The notes under the pieces are model-generated. The model did not search any database. It had not been told where the DNA came from and saw only the letters and a list, made by a program, of their open reading frames with translations. Positions 18,814-28,348 of a stretch of 64,000 bases of DNA are shown here, piece after piece. Both the position numbers and the translations under genes were made by a program. This DNA is from Acetobacteraceae bacterium (GTDB taxonomy: Bacteria > Pseudomonadota > Alphaproteobacteria > Acetobacterales > Acetobacteraceae), in the NCBI GenBank assembly GCA_965198825.1, contig CBDAQB010000002.1, forward strand, positions 431,209 through 495,208, in the 5' to 3' direction. The first letter of the stretch is position 1. Every line of letters begins with the position of its first letter.

Positions 18814-21800
18814 ATGGGCATAGTCAAGTTCGCGCTGAAGTTCCCGCACACCTTCTACGTGCTGGCGATCCTGATGCTGTTCCTCGGTGGCAGCGCCATC
18901 ATCGTCACTCCGAAGGATATCTTCCCGAACATCAACATCCCCGTGGTCTCGGTGATCTGGCAATACACTGGCCTGACCCCGGAGGAGATGGAGCAGCGGG
19001 TCACCACCTATAGCGAGTATTCGATCAGCTCGTCGGTGAACGACATCAAGAACATCGAGAGTCAGACTCTGTCTGGCATTTCGGTGGAGCGGATCTACTT
19101 CCAGCCCAAGGTCAACGTCGATCTGGCCATCGCACAGATCGTTTCGGCATCGAATTCCATCCGCGCTTTGATGCCGACAGGTATCCAGCCGCCGACCATC
19201 GTGCAGTATAATGCATCGTCGGTGCCGGTGATCCAGCTCAGCCTCAGCTCGGACAAGCTGAACGAGCAACAGCTTTACGACTACGGCATCTACCAGGTGC
19301 GCCAGCAATTGGCGCCGATCCAGGGTATTACGCTGCCAACGCCTTACGGCGGCAAATACCGGCAGATCATGGTCGATCTCGATCCCGATGCGCTGCGGGC
19401 GCAGGGAATTACGCCCTACGACGTGGTGACTGCGGTCAATGCGCAGAGCCTGACGTTGCCTTCGGGTGACGCGAAGATGGGCGACAAGCAGTTCATCGTG
19501 CGGGTGAATGCATCTGCACAGTCGATCAAGGCGTTGAACGACGTGCCGATCAAGCAGGTCGGCGGCACGACGGTTTATCTGCACGACGTGGCGCATGTGC
19601 GTGACGGCTGGGCTGTGCAGCAGAACACGGTGAGTGCAGACGGCAAGAAGTCCGTACTGCTGACCATCATCAAGAACGGCGATGCCTCCACGCTAGACGT
19701 GGTGAACCGGGTGAAGGCCGCCCTGCCGTCCATCCAGAAGGCGGCGCCTCCCGGCATGACGATCAAGCTGCTGTTCGACCAGTCGGTGTTCGTGCAGAGC
19801 GCGATCGACTCGGTGCTGCGAGAGGGCGCCATCGCGGCAGGGCTGACTGCGCTGATGATCCTGATCTTCCTGGGATCGTGGCGGTCCACGATCGTGGTCA
19901 TGATTTCGATCCCGCTCTCCATCCTGACGTCTGTCGCGGTGCTCTCCGCATTGGGCGAGACGATCAACACGATGACGCTGGGCGGATTGGCGCTGGCGGT
20001 GGGCATCCTGGTCGACGACTCCACCGTCACGATCGAGAACACGCACCGATTGCTGGAAGAGGGCGGCGACTTCGACGAAGCGGTGCTCGAGGGTGCTGCC
20101 GGCATTGCGGTGCCGACGCTGATTTCCACGCTGGCGATCTGCTGCGTGTTCGTCAGCGTGTTCTTTCTACAGGGCGCTGCGAAATATCTGTTCACGCCGA
20201 TGGCCGAAGCGGTGGTGTTCGCCATGCTCGCGTCCTACGGCATTTCGCGCACGCTCACCCCGATCATCATTCGCCTGCTGCTTCGTAAAGAGTATGCAAA
20301 TCACGGGCATGAGGGCGAAGGGCGCAAGAACTGGTTCGGGCGGTTCCACGACGGGTTCAACGAGCGCTTCGACAGGTTCCGCAATTTCTACGGCTGGCTG
20401 CTGGCCGGCATCCTGGCGCGGCGCATCCTGACGCCGGTTGCCGGCGTAGGCGTGGTGGCCTGTGCGGCCGTGCTCAGCCTGTTCATCGGTTCGGACTTCT
20501 TTCCGAACGTCGATGCGGGGTTGATCCAGCTTCATGTGAGAGCGCCGGCGCGCACGCGTATCGAGCGCACCAACCAGATCTTCGCCGCTATTGAGGACAA
20601 TATTCGCGCGCATGTTCCGGCGAAGGATCTCGGGCTCGTTCTCGACAATATCGGGCTGCCGCAGCGCACCTATAACCTGGCGTTCACCGACGGTACGACG
20701 ATCGGCGTGAACGACGGCACCATCCAGATCCAGCTGAACGAAGGCCACGCGACGACGGCCTCTTATATCCGCACCCTGCGCGACGAACTTCCTGCAGCGT
20801 TTCCGGAAGTGCAGTTCTATTTCCAGCCCGCCGATCTGGTGACGCAGATCCTGAACTTCGGTGTGCCGTCGCAGATCGACGTGCAAGTGCAAGGGCGCGA
20901 CCGGGCGGAGAATGCGAAGATCGCCGCCGATATCAGCAAGCGTATCGCGGCAGAGCCCGGCATTGTCGACGCGCACGTGCAGCAGGAGCTCAACGCGCCA
21001 GAGATGTACTACACCATCGACCGCACGCGGGCGCAGGAGCTTGGCCTGACGGTCAACCAGATTGCACAGGACATCAACATCAGCCTGAGTTCGTCCGAGC
21101 AGGTGTCACCGAACTTCTGGACCGATCCGAAGAACGGCATCCCCTACTACATGGCCGTGCAGACGCCCGAGTACAAGCTGCACGACAAGAACGACCTGGA
21201 TAACATTCCGATCGCGAGCACAACTTCCACGAGTACCGGGTCGCCGCAGCAGATCCCTGACCTGCTCGGTAATGTTGCCAGCGCCGAACGCAAGGAAGTG
21301 CAGTCCGTCTATAACCAGTCGAACATCCAGGAAGTGTACGACGTCTATGCCAGCGTTCAGAGCCGTGATCTCGGCAGCGCGGCGGCGGCGATCAACAAGA
21401 TCGTGGCGGACGACCAGAAGCATCTGGGGCCATCGGACAAGATCAACATACGCGGCCAGATCGCGAGCATGAACGATGCTTTCGCGAACCTCACCATCGG
21501 GCTGCTGTTCGCTGCGGTGTTCGTCTATCTGCTGATGGTGGTGAACTATCAAAGCTTCGTCGATCCGCTGGCGGTGATCCTGGCATTGCCTGGTGCTGCT
21601 TCCGGTATCCTGCTCATGCTGTTCGTGACAGGCACGACCTTGTCCGTGCCGTCGCTGATGGGCGCCATCATGTCGGTGGGCGTCGCATCCGCGAACTCCA
21701 TTCTGCTTGTCACATTCGCGCGTGAGCAGCGCGAAGAGGGCATGAACGCCTTCGAGGCGGCGCTGGCCGCTGGCACCACGCGTTTGCGGCCGGTGCTGAT

Positions 21801-22032
21801 GACTGCTGCTGCGATGATCGTCGGCATGGTGCCGATGGCGATAGGTGGGCCGGGCGAAGAGCAGAACGCGGTGCTCGCACGCGCCGTGATCGGTGGCGTG
21901 ATGGTCGGTACGATCACCACACTTCTGTTCGTGCCCTATCTCTACTCGGTTTTCGGCGCCTTCGAGCGAAAGAGAGAAACATCCGGGGCGCGCGATGCAC
22001 ACCACGGGCTGAGCCACCAGGGGGCTTCATGA
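18814..22032 (+). CDS. RND efflux permease (AcrB/CusA family)
   Basis: 1072 aa; DIFPNINIPVV, GILVDD proton relay, RLRPVLMT. Confidence 0.92.
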   Translation: MGIVKFALKFPHTFYVLAILMLFLGGSAIIVTPKDIFPNINIPVVSVIWQYTGLTPEEMEQRVTTYSEYSISSSVNDIKNIESQTLSGISVERIYFQPKVNVDLAIAQIVSASNSIRALMPTGIQPPTIVQYNASSVPVIQLSLSSDKLNEQQLYDYGIYQVRQQLAPIQGITLPTPYGGKYRQIMVDLDPDALRAQGITPYDVVTAVNAQSLTLPSGDAKMGDKQFIVRVNASAQSIKALNDVPIKQVGGTTVYLHDVAHVRDGWAVQQNTVSADGKKSVLLTIIKNGDASTLDVVNRVKAALPSIQKAAPPGMTIKLLFDQSVFVQSAIDSVLREGAIAAGLTALMILIFLGSWRSTIVVMISIPLSILTSVAVLSALGETINTMTLGGLALAVGILVDDSTVTIENTHRLLEEGGDFDEAVLEGAAGIAVPTLISTLAICCVFVSVFFLQGAAKYLFTPMAEAVVFAMLASYGISRTLTPIIIRLLLRKEYANHGHEGEGRKNWFGRFHDGFNERFDRFRNFYGWLLAGILARRILTPVAGVGVVACAAVLSLFIGSDFFPNVDAGLIQLHVRAPARTRIERTNQIFAAIEDNIRAHVPAKDLGLVLDNIGLPQRTYNLAFTDGTTIGVNDGTIQIQLNEGHATTASYIRTLRDELPAAFPEVQFYFQPADLVTQILNFGVPSQIDVQVQGRDRAENAKIAADISKRIAAEPGIVDAHVQQELNAPEMYYTIDRTRAQELGLTVNQIAQDINISLSSSEQVSPNFWTDPKNGIPYYMAVQTPEYKLHDKNDLDNIPIASTTSTSTGSPQQIPDLLGNVASAERKEVQSVYNQSNIQEVYDVYASVQSRDLGSAAAAINKIVADDQKHLGPSDKINIRGQIASMNDAFANLTIGLLFAAVFVYLLMVVNYQSFVDPLAVILALPGAASGILLMLFVTGTTLSVPSLMGAIMSVGVASANSILLVTFAREQREEGMNAFEAALAAGTTRLRPVLMTAAAMIVGMVPMAIGGPGEEQNAVLARAVIGGVMVGTITTLLFVPYLYSVFGAFERKRETSGARDAHHGLSHQGAS

Positions 22033-23303
22033 ACCAGATCACCAAACCGCAGGCAGACGACGCGGCAGAGAAGCGCAGCAAGCCGGCTGAGCAACACCAG
22101 ACGCCGGGGCTCGATCATCAGGACGACCCTGAGATGGACCGCAAGCGGCGCCGCTCCGCGCGCGTTCTCGGCTTGGTCGTCGTGCTCATTCTTGTTCTGA
22201 TGGTCGGTGTAGGAGCCTGGACTCATATCGCGCGGAACGCCTCCGCACAGGAAGCACTCGAGACGCGGCAGAACACGGTGCCGACCGTGCGCACGATGGA
22301 TGCGAAGTCGATCGACACGCCGCGTACCGTCGATCTGCCTGGCAACATGCAGGCGTTCGATAGCGCGACGCTCTATGCCCGCGCGACCGGCTATATCGCG
22401 AAGCGGAACGTGGACATCGGCAGCAAGGTCAAGGCCGGCGACACACTGGCCGTAATTGCGGCGCCCGATCTCGACCAGCAATTGCAGCAGGCGCGCGCGC
22501 AGTTGGCCCAGATGCAGGCGGCGCTCGGCCAGGCGCAAGCCGGCCGTTCGCTTGCCGATGTCACCAACCGCCGGACTTCGACGCTCGTCACCGAGGGTTG
22601 GAGCAGCCGTCAGCAGGGCGACACCGACCGTTCGAACTTCACGTCGCAGACAGCGGCGGTGCGGGTGGCGCAGGCAAACATCCTGGCGCAGCAGGCGAGC
22701 GTAAACAGGCTGGTCGAACTGACCGGTTTCGAGCAGGTGAAGGCGCCTTTCGACGGCGTGATCACCAGCCGTTCGATCGACGTGGGCGCTCTGGTGAGCG
22801 CCGACCAATCAAGCGGGACGTCTCTGTTCTCGATCGCGCGCACCGATGTTCTTCGCGTGCAGGTCTATGTCCCGCAGGAATATTTCTTTGCGCTGAAGGA
22901 TGGGCAGGACGCGACGGTGACCGTGCCGCAACTTCCGGGCAAGACTTTCCACGGAACGGTCGCGCGCAACGCCGGGGCGCTGGCAACGGCGACACGCACG
23001 CTGCTTGCAGAGGTAGACGTTCAGAACGCCGACAACATGCTGTCAGCAGGTCTCTACGGCATCGTTCATCTCGAGCAGAAGCGTGATGCACCGGTGGTGC
23101 TCGTGCCATCTGAGGCAATCATCTTCAACAGGAACGGCCTGAGCGTTGCAGTCGTGAAGGACGGCAAGGTGAGCATTCAACATCTCGACGTGCTCGCCGA
23201 CGACGGTGCTCAGGTTCAGGTTCGCTCCGGGCTTAATCCTGGCGATAAGATCATTCTCAACCCTCCTGCGAATCTGAGCGAAGGGATGAAGGTTAAGACG
23301 TAG
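22029..23303 (+). CDS. RND periplasmic adaptor (membrane fusion protein)
   Basis: Single TM; ARATGYI...VDIG..VKAG lipoyl motif; APFDGVI. Confidence 0.9.
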   Translation: MNQITKPQADDAAEKRSKPAEQHQTPGLDHQDDPEMDRKRRRSARVLGLVVVLILVLMVGVGAWTHIARNASAQEALETRQNTVPTVRTMDAKSIDTPRTVDLPGNMQAFDSATLYARATGYIAKRNVDIGSKVKAGDTLAVIAAPDLDQQLQQARAQLAQMQAALGQAQAGRSLADVTNRRTSTLVTEGWSSRQQGDTDRSNFTSQTAAVRVAQANILAQQASVNRLVELTGFEQVKAPFDGVITSRSIDVGALVSADQSSGTSLFSIARTDVLRVQVYVPQEYFFALKDGQDATVTVPQLPGKTFHGTVARNAGALATATRTLLAEVDVQNADNMLSAGLYGIVHLEQKRDAPVVLVPSEAIIFNRNGLSVAVVKDGKVSIQHLDVLADDGAQVQVRSGLNPGDKIILNPPANLSEGMKVKT

Positions 23304-23460
23304 GAAGCGAGTTCTTTTTGAAAAAAGAACCAAAAACTTTTTACGACTTTGCACCACGTTTGAGGAGAAGCTCAGCCTCTCCTCGGACCTGGTCTAGAAG
23401 AACCAAAAGTTTTTTGGTTCTTTTTTTCAAAAAAGAACTGCTTGCTTCCCTTTGCCTGCC
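23303..23460. repeat. Family A copy 6 (complete, long 63-bp spacer)
   Basis: Both arms; bounded by convergent TAG stops. Confidence 0.92.
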
Positions 23461-24621
23461 CTACGGCCGAGGCAAAAGCACAAACTCCGTTCCAGGTTGA
23501 TGCATCAGCCCAGCCGTTCGAGCCGCCGAGTCGCCAGTACCCAAAAAAAGATCCGTGCGCGCAGGCCCGGTGATGTCGGTGCCGATATCCTGCGCAAGGA
23601 CGAGGCGGCGAAGCGGAGTGTTCGTCGTCGGATCCGTCGTGTCGATGAACACGGGGGCGCCGAGGGGGACGAAGTGGCGGTCCACCGCGGCCGAGCGACC
23701 GGCGGTGAGGTTGACGCCCATGGCGCCCGGAGGGCCAAAGTCGTTGTCTGCGTTGGGGGCGGCGCGAAAGAACACATAATCTTCGTTGCGGTCCATAATG
23801 CGCTTGGCCTGGTCGGGGTGGCTGTCGAGCCAGCCGCGTATGGTCTGCATGCTGACGGCTTCGGGAGCGAGGGCGTGTTCCTCGATGAGCACGCGGCCGA
23901 TGGGAGTGTAGGGGCGTCCGTTCCTGCCGTCGTAGGCGACCCGTACGACGGCGCCGTCGGGCAGGCGGATCCGGCCGGAGCCTTGTATTTGCAGGAAAAA
24001 GAGGTCGGCGGGGTTGCGCAGCCAGAAGAGCGGGCGCGCCTGGGCGCCGATGGCGCCGGCTTCGATGTCGGCGCGTGTCCAGTAAGGGATGATGTGCTGA
24101 CCGTCGCTGCGGCCGATGATAGGCGGCGCTAGCGGGTCGTTTGCGGCCGGCGCGGCTTTGACCAGGTCGGACGGACGAGCGAGCAGCGGCGTCTGGTAGG
24201 CGCCGCCCTGCTGCAGGCTGCCCGCGGCTTCGGGTTCGAAATAGCCCGTGACCAACGCAGGGACGCCGATGCGGTAGACTTGGAAGCGCGAGGTGAAGAA
24301 GGCGCGGGCGGCGGTGTCGTCCTGCTCCAGGTCAACGGCGGCGCGGCAGGTGGCCTGCCACTGGCCTGCGCGGCCGCCGTATGTGGCAGAGAGGCCTTGG
24401 CCACCAAGGTCGGTTTCGGCCGGCATGAGCGAGAGACGGCGGCACTGCGCCTTCAGGGCTGGCACCAGGGCTGCCGTGTGGTCGGACTGCCAGCCGGGCA
24501 GGTCGGTGAAGCTGGCTGGCGTGAGGTCTAGCGTTCTCGGTGAGCTGGGTGCTGGGGGGACGGTGCAGGCGCATAGGGCGGCAACCGCCAGGAAAGCGGC
24601 GGGGGTGGTGGTCTTTTGCAA
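23461..24621 (-). CDS. mltA: Membrane-bound lytic murein transglycosylase A
   Basis: TGYFEP, FFLQIQGSGR, LAQDIGTDITG..RTDLFLG; lipobox-like LCAC; TTG start at 24621 inferred. Confidence 0.85.
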   Translation of the reverse strand: MQKTTTPAAFLAVAALCACTVPPAPSSPRTLDLTPASFTDLPGWQSDHTAALVPALKAQCRRLSLMPAETDLGGQGLSATYGGRAGQWQATCRAAVDLEQDDTAARAFFTSRFQVYRIGVPALVTGYFEPEAAGSLQQGGAYQTPLLARPSDLVKAAPAANDPLAPPIIGRSDGQHIIPYWTRADIEAGAIGAQARPLFWLRNPADLFFLQIQGSGRIRLPDGAVVRVAYDGRNGRPYTPIGRVLIEEHALAPEAVSMQTIRGWLDSHPDQAKRIMDRNEDYVFFRAAPNADNDFGPPGAMGVNLTAGRSAAVDRHFVPLGAPVFIDTTDPTTNTPLRRLVLAQDIGTDITGPARTDLFLGTGDSAARTAGLMHQPGTEFVLLPRP

Positions 24622-24643
24622 GCTGGGGGGCTCCGGAGGGCTA

Positions 24644-24685
24644 GCAAGGAAGGTCTTCTTTTTTGAAAAAAGAAGCAAAAAACTT
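24644..24685. repeat. Family A copy 7 (solo arm) between tim44 and mltA
   Basis: GGAAGGTCTTCTTTTTTGAAAAAAGAAGCAAAAAACTT. Confidence 0.9.
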
Positions 24686-24719
24686 GTGGGACCCGGGGCC
24701 GGGCGGAGGAGACGCCGGG

Positions 24720-25388
24720 CTAGGCGACTTTGGCTTCGGCCAGTTTCCAGGCCAGGTCGCCTTGGCCGAGGGTGCGGGCGAAGGTCCATAGGTCGGCGAT
24801 TTCGGTCATGCCGTCGGTGCCGCTGAGCGGCGCGCCGTCGGCTCCCGTGGTATAGTTCACCTGTCGTGAAACGATATGCAGCGTGATGCTGGCTTCCTTG
24901 CCGGCCAGGTGCGCCTCGCGGATTTCGGCTTCCAGAATGTCGCGAATCTCCGTGTGCTGGGTTTCACCCGCAGCCTCACGTGCCGCAATGGCCTGCTCGA
25001 AGGCGCTGTAGGTCTCGTCCGTGAGCAGAGAGCGCAGGCGGACGCGGTCTCCGGCGGCAAAGGCGCTGACGATGATCCGGAATGCGGCTTCCGCGCCGGT
25101 GATGAAGGCCTGCGGGTCGAAGCGGCGGTCGGCCGCCTGCATGGCTGCAAGCGCCTGGCCGGCCGGCGAGGCAGGGTCCGGGAGGGCGCGGCCGACGGGC
25201 GCTATCGGTTCAGCACGCGAGTCGATGACAGGGCCGGCGGCCGTGCCGGGCTTCGGCGCCACAACTGGATTGGCTTCGAAGCCGGTCCGCTTGCCAAGGA
25301 TGCTGCGCAGCCGCAGCACCAGAAAGGCGGCGATCATCGCGAACAGTATGAGGTCGACCGGAAAACCGCCTGTCGCTTGCATGGGCAC
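24720..25388 (-). CDS. Tim44/TimA family putative adaptor protein
   Basis: FLVLRLRSILGKRTG N-terminus; FDPQAFITGA..AF..I..AFA.GD; DLWTFAR. Confidence 0.85.
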   Translation of the reverse strand: MPMQATGGFPVDLILFAMIAAFLVLRLRSILGKRTGFEANPVVAPKPGTAAGPVIDSRAEPIAPVGRALPDPASPAGQALAAMQAADRRFDPQAFITGAEAAFRIIVSAFAAGDRVRLRSLLTDETYSAFEQAIAAREAAGETQHTEIRDILEAEIREAHLAGKEASITLHIVSRQVNYTTGADGAPLSGTDGMTEIADLWTFARTLGQGDLAWKLAEAKVA

Positions 25389-25515
25389 TCCTCAACGTCT
25401 CGACGACATAGGGACCTCAGGACCGGTCGGCAATCGGCATAGGGCTGTGGGCTGACCGGCGCTTGCGCTGCCGGGGGTGATTGCAGTGCCGGGGAATCGC
25501 GGCTAGCAGCGCGGC

Positions 25516-26052
25516 ATGATCCTGATGCGTCATGGACAGAGCGAGTTCAACCTGCATTTCTCGGCGACCAAGAAGGATCCCGGGATCGAGGATCCGCGCC
25601 TGACGCCGCTTGGCCAGGCCCAGGCGGAAGCGGCCGCGCAGACGCTGCTGCACGCCGGCATCAAGCGCATCGTAGCCTCGCCCTATACGCGTGCCATGCA
25701 GACCGCGGCGCCCGCGGCACGCCTGCTCGGCTTGCCGGTGACGATCACGCCGCTGGTGCGCGAGCGGTTCCACTTCGCCTGTGACATAGGCACGCGCCGC
25801 AGCCTGCTGGCATCCGACTGGCCCGACCATGATTTCGGCGAGGTCGATGAGGTTTGGTGGCCGGAGGCGACCGAGACCGCGGAGGCGGTTCTCGAGCGGG
25901 CACGGGCGTTCCGCAAGGCGAGCGTCGAGCGGGCCGACTGGACGCATACCTTGGTGGTGAGCCACTGGGCGTTCATCCTGGCGCTATCCGGCCAAAGCCT
26001 GGAGAACGGCGAGTGGATTCGTTTCGACCCCACGGCGGATACGCTTAATTAA
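25516..26052 (+). CDS. Histidine phosphatase family protein
   Basis: RHGQS, LTPLG, SPYTRAMQTA, VVSH. Confidence 0.85.
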   Translation: MILMRHGQSEFNLHFSATKKDPGIEDPRLTPLGQAQAEAAAQTLLHAGIKRIVASPYTRAMQTAAPAARLLGLPVTITPLVRERFHFACDIGTRRSLLASDWPDHDFGEVDEVWWPEATETAEAVLERARAFRKASVERADWTHTLVVSHWAFILALSGQSLENGEWIRFDPTADTLN

Positions 26053-26148
26053 TCAGCATCATGGTAATCGGCGTTCGAGCAGGCCGGGCCGCTTTGCGCC
26101 ATTCGCAGGCCGTGCTACCGCGCGCCCACTTGAGCCCAGGAGCACAGA

Positions 26149-26691
26149 ATGTCCGAGACGACGACCACCGAAGCGCCAGCCGGCCAGCAGATCCCCCCGC
26201 TGGTGGTCAACGTTCAATACATTAAGGATCTTTCGTTCGAGGTGCCTAACGCGCCTGAGATCTACGCCACGCTGCGGTCACAGCCGGCTGTCGCCATCAA
26301 TCTCGATGTGCAGGCGCGGGCACTTCAGGAAGGCCAGAACGTCTTCGAAGTGGTGCTCTCGGTAAAGGTCGATGCGCGCGAGCCGACGCAGCCGCCCGCG
26401 TCGCAAAACGGCGCAGCGCCTGCGGCGCCCGCGCCAGGCGAGGGCCGCCCGGTGTTTATCGCCGAGCTTCAATATGCAGGCGTGTTCACGCTGAATGGCG
26501 TTCCGCCTGAGGCCGTCGAGCCGCTGCTGCTGATCGAGTGCCCGAGGTTGCTGTTCCCGTTTGCCCGCTCAGTGATTTCTGACGTGACACGGGAGGGTGG
26601 ATTCCCACCGGTGCTGCTGCAGCCGATCGATTTTGTCGGGCTCTGGCAGAGCCGCCGCGCTGCGCAGCCGGGGGCGCCGGCTCAGGCGTAA
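26149..26691 (+). CDS. secB: Protein-export chaperone SecB
   Basis: QYIKDLSFEVPNAP, CPRLLFPFAR, GGFPP..LQPIDF. Confidence 0.95.
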   Translation: MSETTTTEAPAGQQIPPLVVNVQYIKDLSFEVPNAPEIYATLRSQPAVAINLDVQARALQEGQNVFEVVLSVKVDAREPTQPPASQNGAAPAAPAPGEGRPVFIAELQYAGVFTLNGVPPEAVEPLLLIECPRLLFPFARSVISDVTREGGFPPVLLQPIDFVGLWQSRRAAQPGAPAQA

Positions 26692-26830
26692 GGGAGAACG
26701 GAAGGACTTCTTTTTTGAAAAAAAGACGCAAAAAACTTTTGGATTTTGGGACTGGGATTGTGCCGCAAGCCCGGCCTCAAGTCGCAGAAGTTTTTTGGTT
26801 CTTTTTTTCAAAAAAGAACATGCTGCCTTC
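26691..26830. repeat. Family A copy 8 (complete)
   Basis: Both arms, 45-bp spacer, starts at the secB TAA. Confidence 0.93.
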
Positions 26831-26835
26831 ACCCT

Positions 26836-27216
26836 TCAGCAATCATTACCCTTAAGGTTCCAGGACCGCACCACCCCGCCGGTCAGCTCGAAAGTGGTCG
26901 TGCATTGTTCCTGGACGATCTCGGGCGGGAAGCCGCCGAACCCGCCCCAGCCACCACCGTAGCCGTAACCGCCCCAACCGCCGTACCCGAAGCCAAAGCC
27001 AGGATCGCCGCCGTATTCGTCGATGTGGCTTTCGCTATAGGCCAGGAAGCGGTGGCCGTTGGTGTCGTAGGTGCGGTTCGGCACACCGTAGGCGCGAACC
27101 AGATCGGTTTCGGGCTTGCCGACGACGGCATTCAGTGAATCGATATGTTGCTTGCTGGGGTAGGCGCATCCGGCGAGTAGCGCCAACGCGCCTAGACTTA
27201 AGAATTTACGCATCAT
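26836..27216 (-). CDS. Small lipoprotein with Gly/aromatic-rich loop
   Basis: Lipobox LAGC; GFGFGYGGWGGYGYGGGWGGFGG; terminal Cys pair. Confidence 0.75.
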   Translation of the reverse strand: MMRKFLSLGALALLAGCAYPSKQHIDSLNAVVGKPETDLVRAYGVPNRTYDTNGHRFLAYSESHIDEYGGDPGFGFGYGGWGGYGYGGGWGGFGGFPPEIVQEQCTTTFELTGGVVRSWNLKGNDC

Positions 27217-27274
27217 GATGCCTACTCCGACGGGGTTGGGATCGATCATCCCTGGATCAGCCTTGCTGACCTAG

Positions 27275-28285
27275 TTAAGTGCGCGTGTGGCCTCCCGGTA
27301 GCCATTGCACCTGCTCAATTTTGCTGGCGCCACTTGCGATCATGGCGAGGCGGTCAAAACCCAGCGCGATTCCGGCGGCCGGCGGCATGCCGTGGCCGAG
27401 GGCGGCAAGGAAATCCTCGTCGAGCGGCCAATCATCGTGGCCGTTGATGGCATGGCGTCGTGCGCGGTCTTCCAGGAAGCGGGTGCGCTGTTCCGCCTGG
27501 TCGGTGAGTTCCTCGAAGGCGTTTGCGAGTTCCAGGCCGCAGACGAACAATTCGAAACGGAGGGCGACGCGTGGATCGGTGGGATCGCGCCTGGCGAGGG
27601 CCGCCTGGGCGGCTGGCCAGTGGGTGAGGAAGGTCGGGTGATTGCGGCCGAGATGCGGCTCGATGCGCTCCAGGAGAAGGCGGAAGAAGAGATCCTCCCA
27701 GATTTCGTTGTCCCGGAGGTGGGCGCCCGAAGAGCGGGCGAGGGCGGCTGCGTCGCCTGCCGTGCCCAGGACGTCCGCGCCGGCGTACCGGGCGAAGGCT
27801 TCGGCGACGGTGAGGTGCTCGACCCGGGCGAGATCGGTGGTGATGCCGCGGCAGGTGACGGTGGGAGGCAGGACGGTGCGCAGGAATCCGGTGGTTTCGG
27901 CGAGCAGCGCCGCAAAGTCCGCTTGCGGGCGATACCATTCGAGCATGGTGAATTCGGGCGTGTGGGTGTCGCTTCCTTCGCCGTTTCGCCAGACGCGTGC
28001 GAGCTGGAAGATCGGGCCGGCGCCTGCAACGAGCAGGCGTTTCATGGCAAATTCGGGCGAGGTGTGGAGCCACAGCGGGCAGCGCTCGCCCTGCGGCGTC
28101 ACGGCTTCCGTCGCGAAGGTCTGGATGTGCACCTCCTCGCCTGGGGCTGCGACGGCGTAGGGGGTTTCCGCTTCGGTGTAGCCTCTGGCGGCGAAGAAGG
28201 CGCGGGTCGCCTGGGTGAGCAGCGCACGCCGGCGCAGGTAGGGCATCCGGGCGGCCAGCGATTCGGGATGCCAGGTCGGGTGCAC
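27275..28285 (-). CDS. epmA: EF-P lysine aminoacylase (PoxA/GenX)
   Basis: LHTSPEFAMKRLL, H.PEFTMLEWY, ELANAF.ELTD, GIALGFDRL. Confidence 0.95.
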   Translation of the reverse strand: MHPTWHPESLAARMPYLRRRALLTQATRAFFAARGYTEAETPYAVAAPGEEVHIQTFATEAVTPQGERCPLWLHTSPEFAMKRLLVAGAGPIFQLARVWRNGEGSDTHTPEFTMLEWYRPQADFAALLAETTGFLRTVLPPTVTCRGITTDLARVEHLTVAEAFARYAGADVLGTAGDAAALARSSGAHLRDNEIWEDLFFRLLLERIEPHLGRNHPTFLTHWPAAQAALARRDPTDPRVALRFELFVCGLELANAFEELTDQAEQRTRFLEDRARRHAINGHDDWPLDEDFLAALGHGMPPAAGIALGFDRLAMIASGASKIEQVQWLPGGHTRT

Positions 28286-28348
28286 GCGCTCTCCTGGGTG
28301 GGTAGGGGTGTTTGACCGGAGCCGACGTCGTCTCTAGGCACCCGCATC

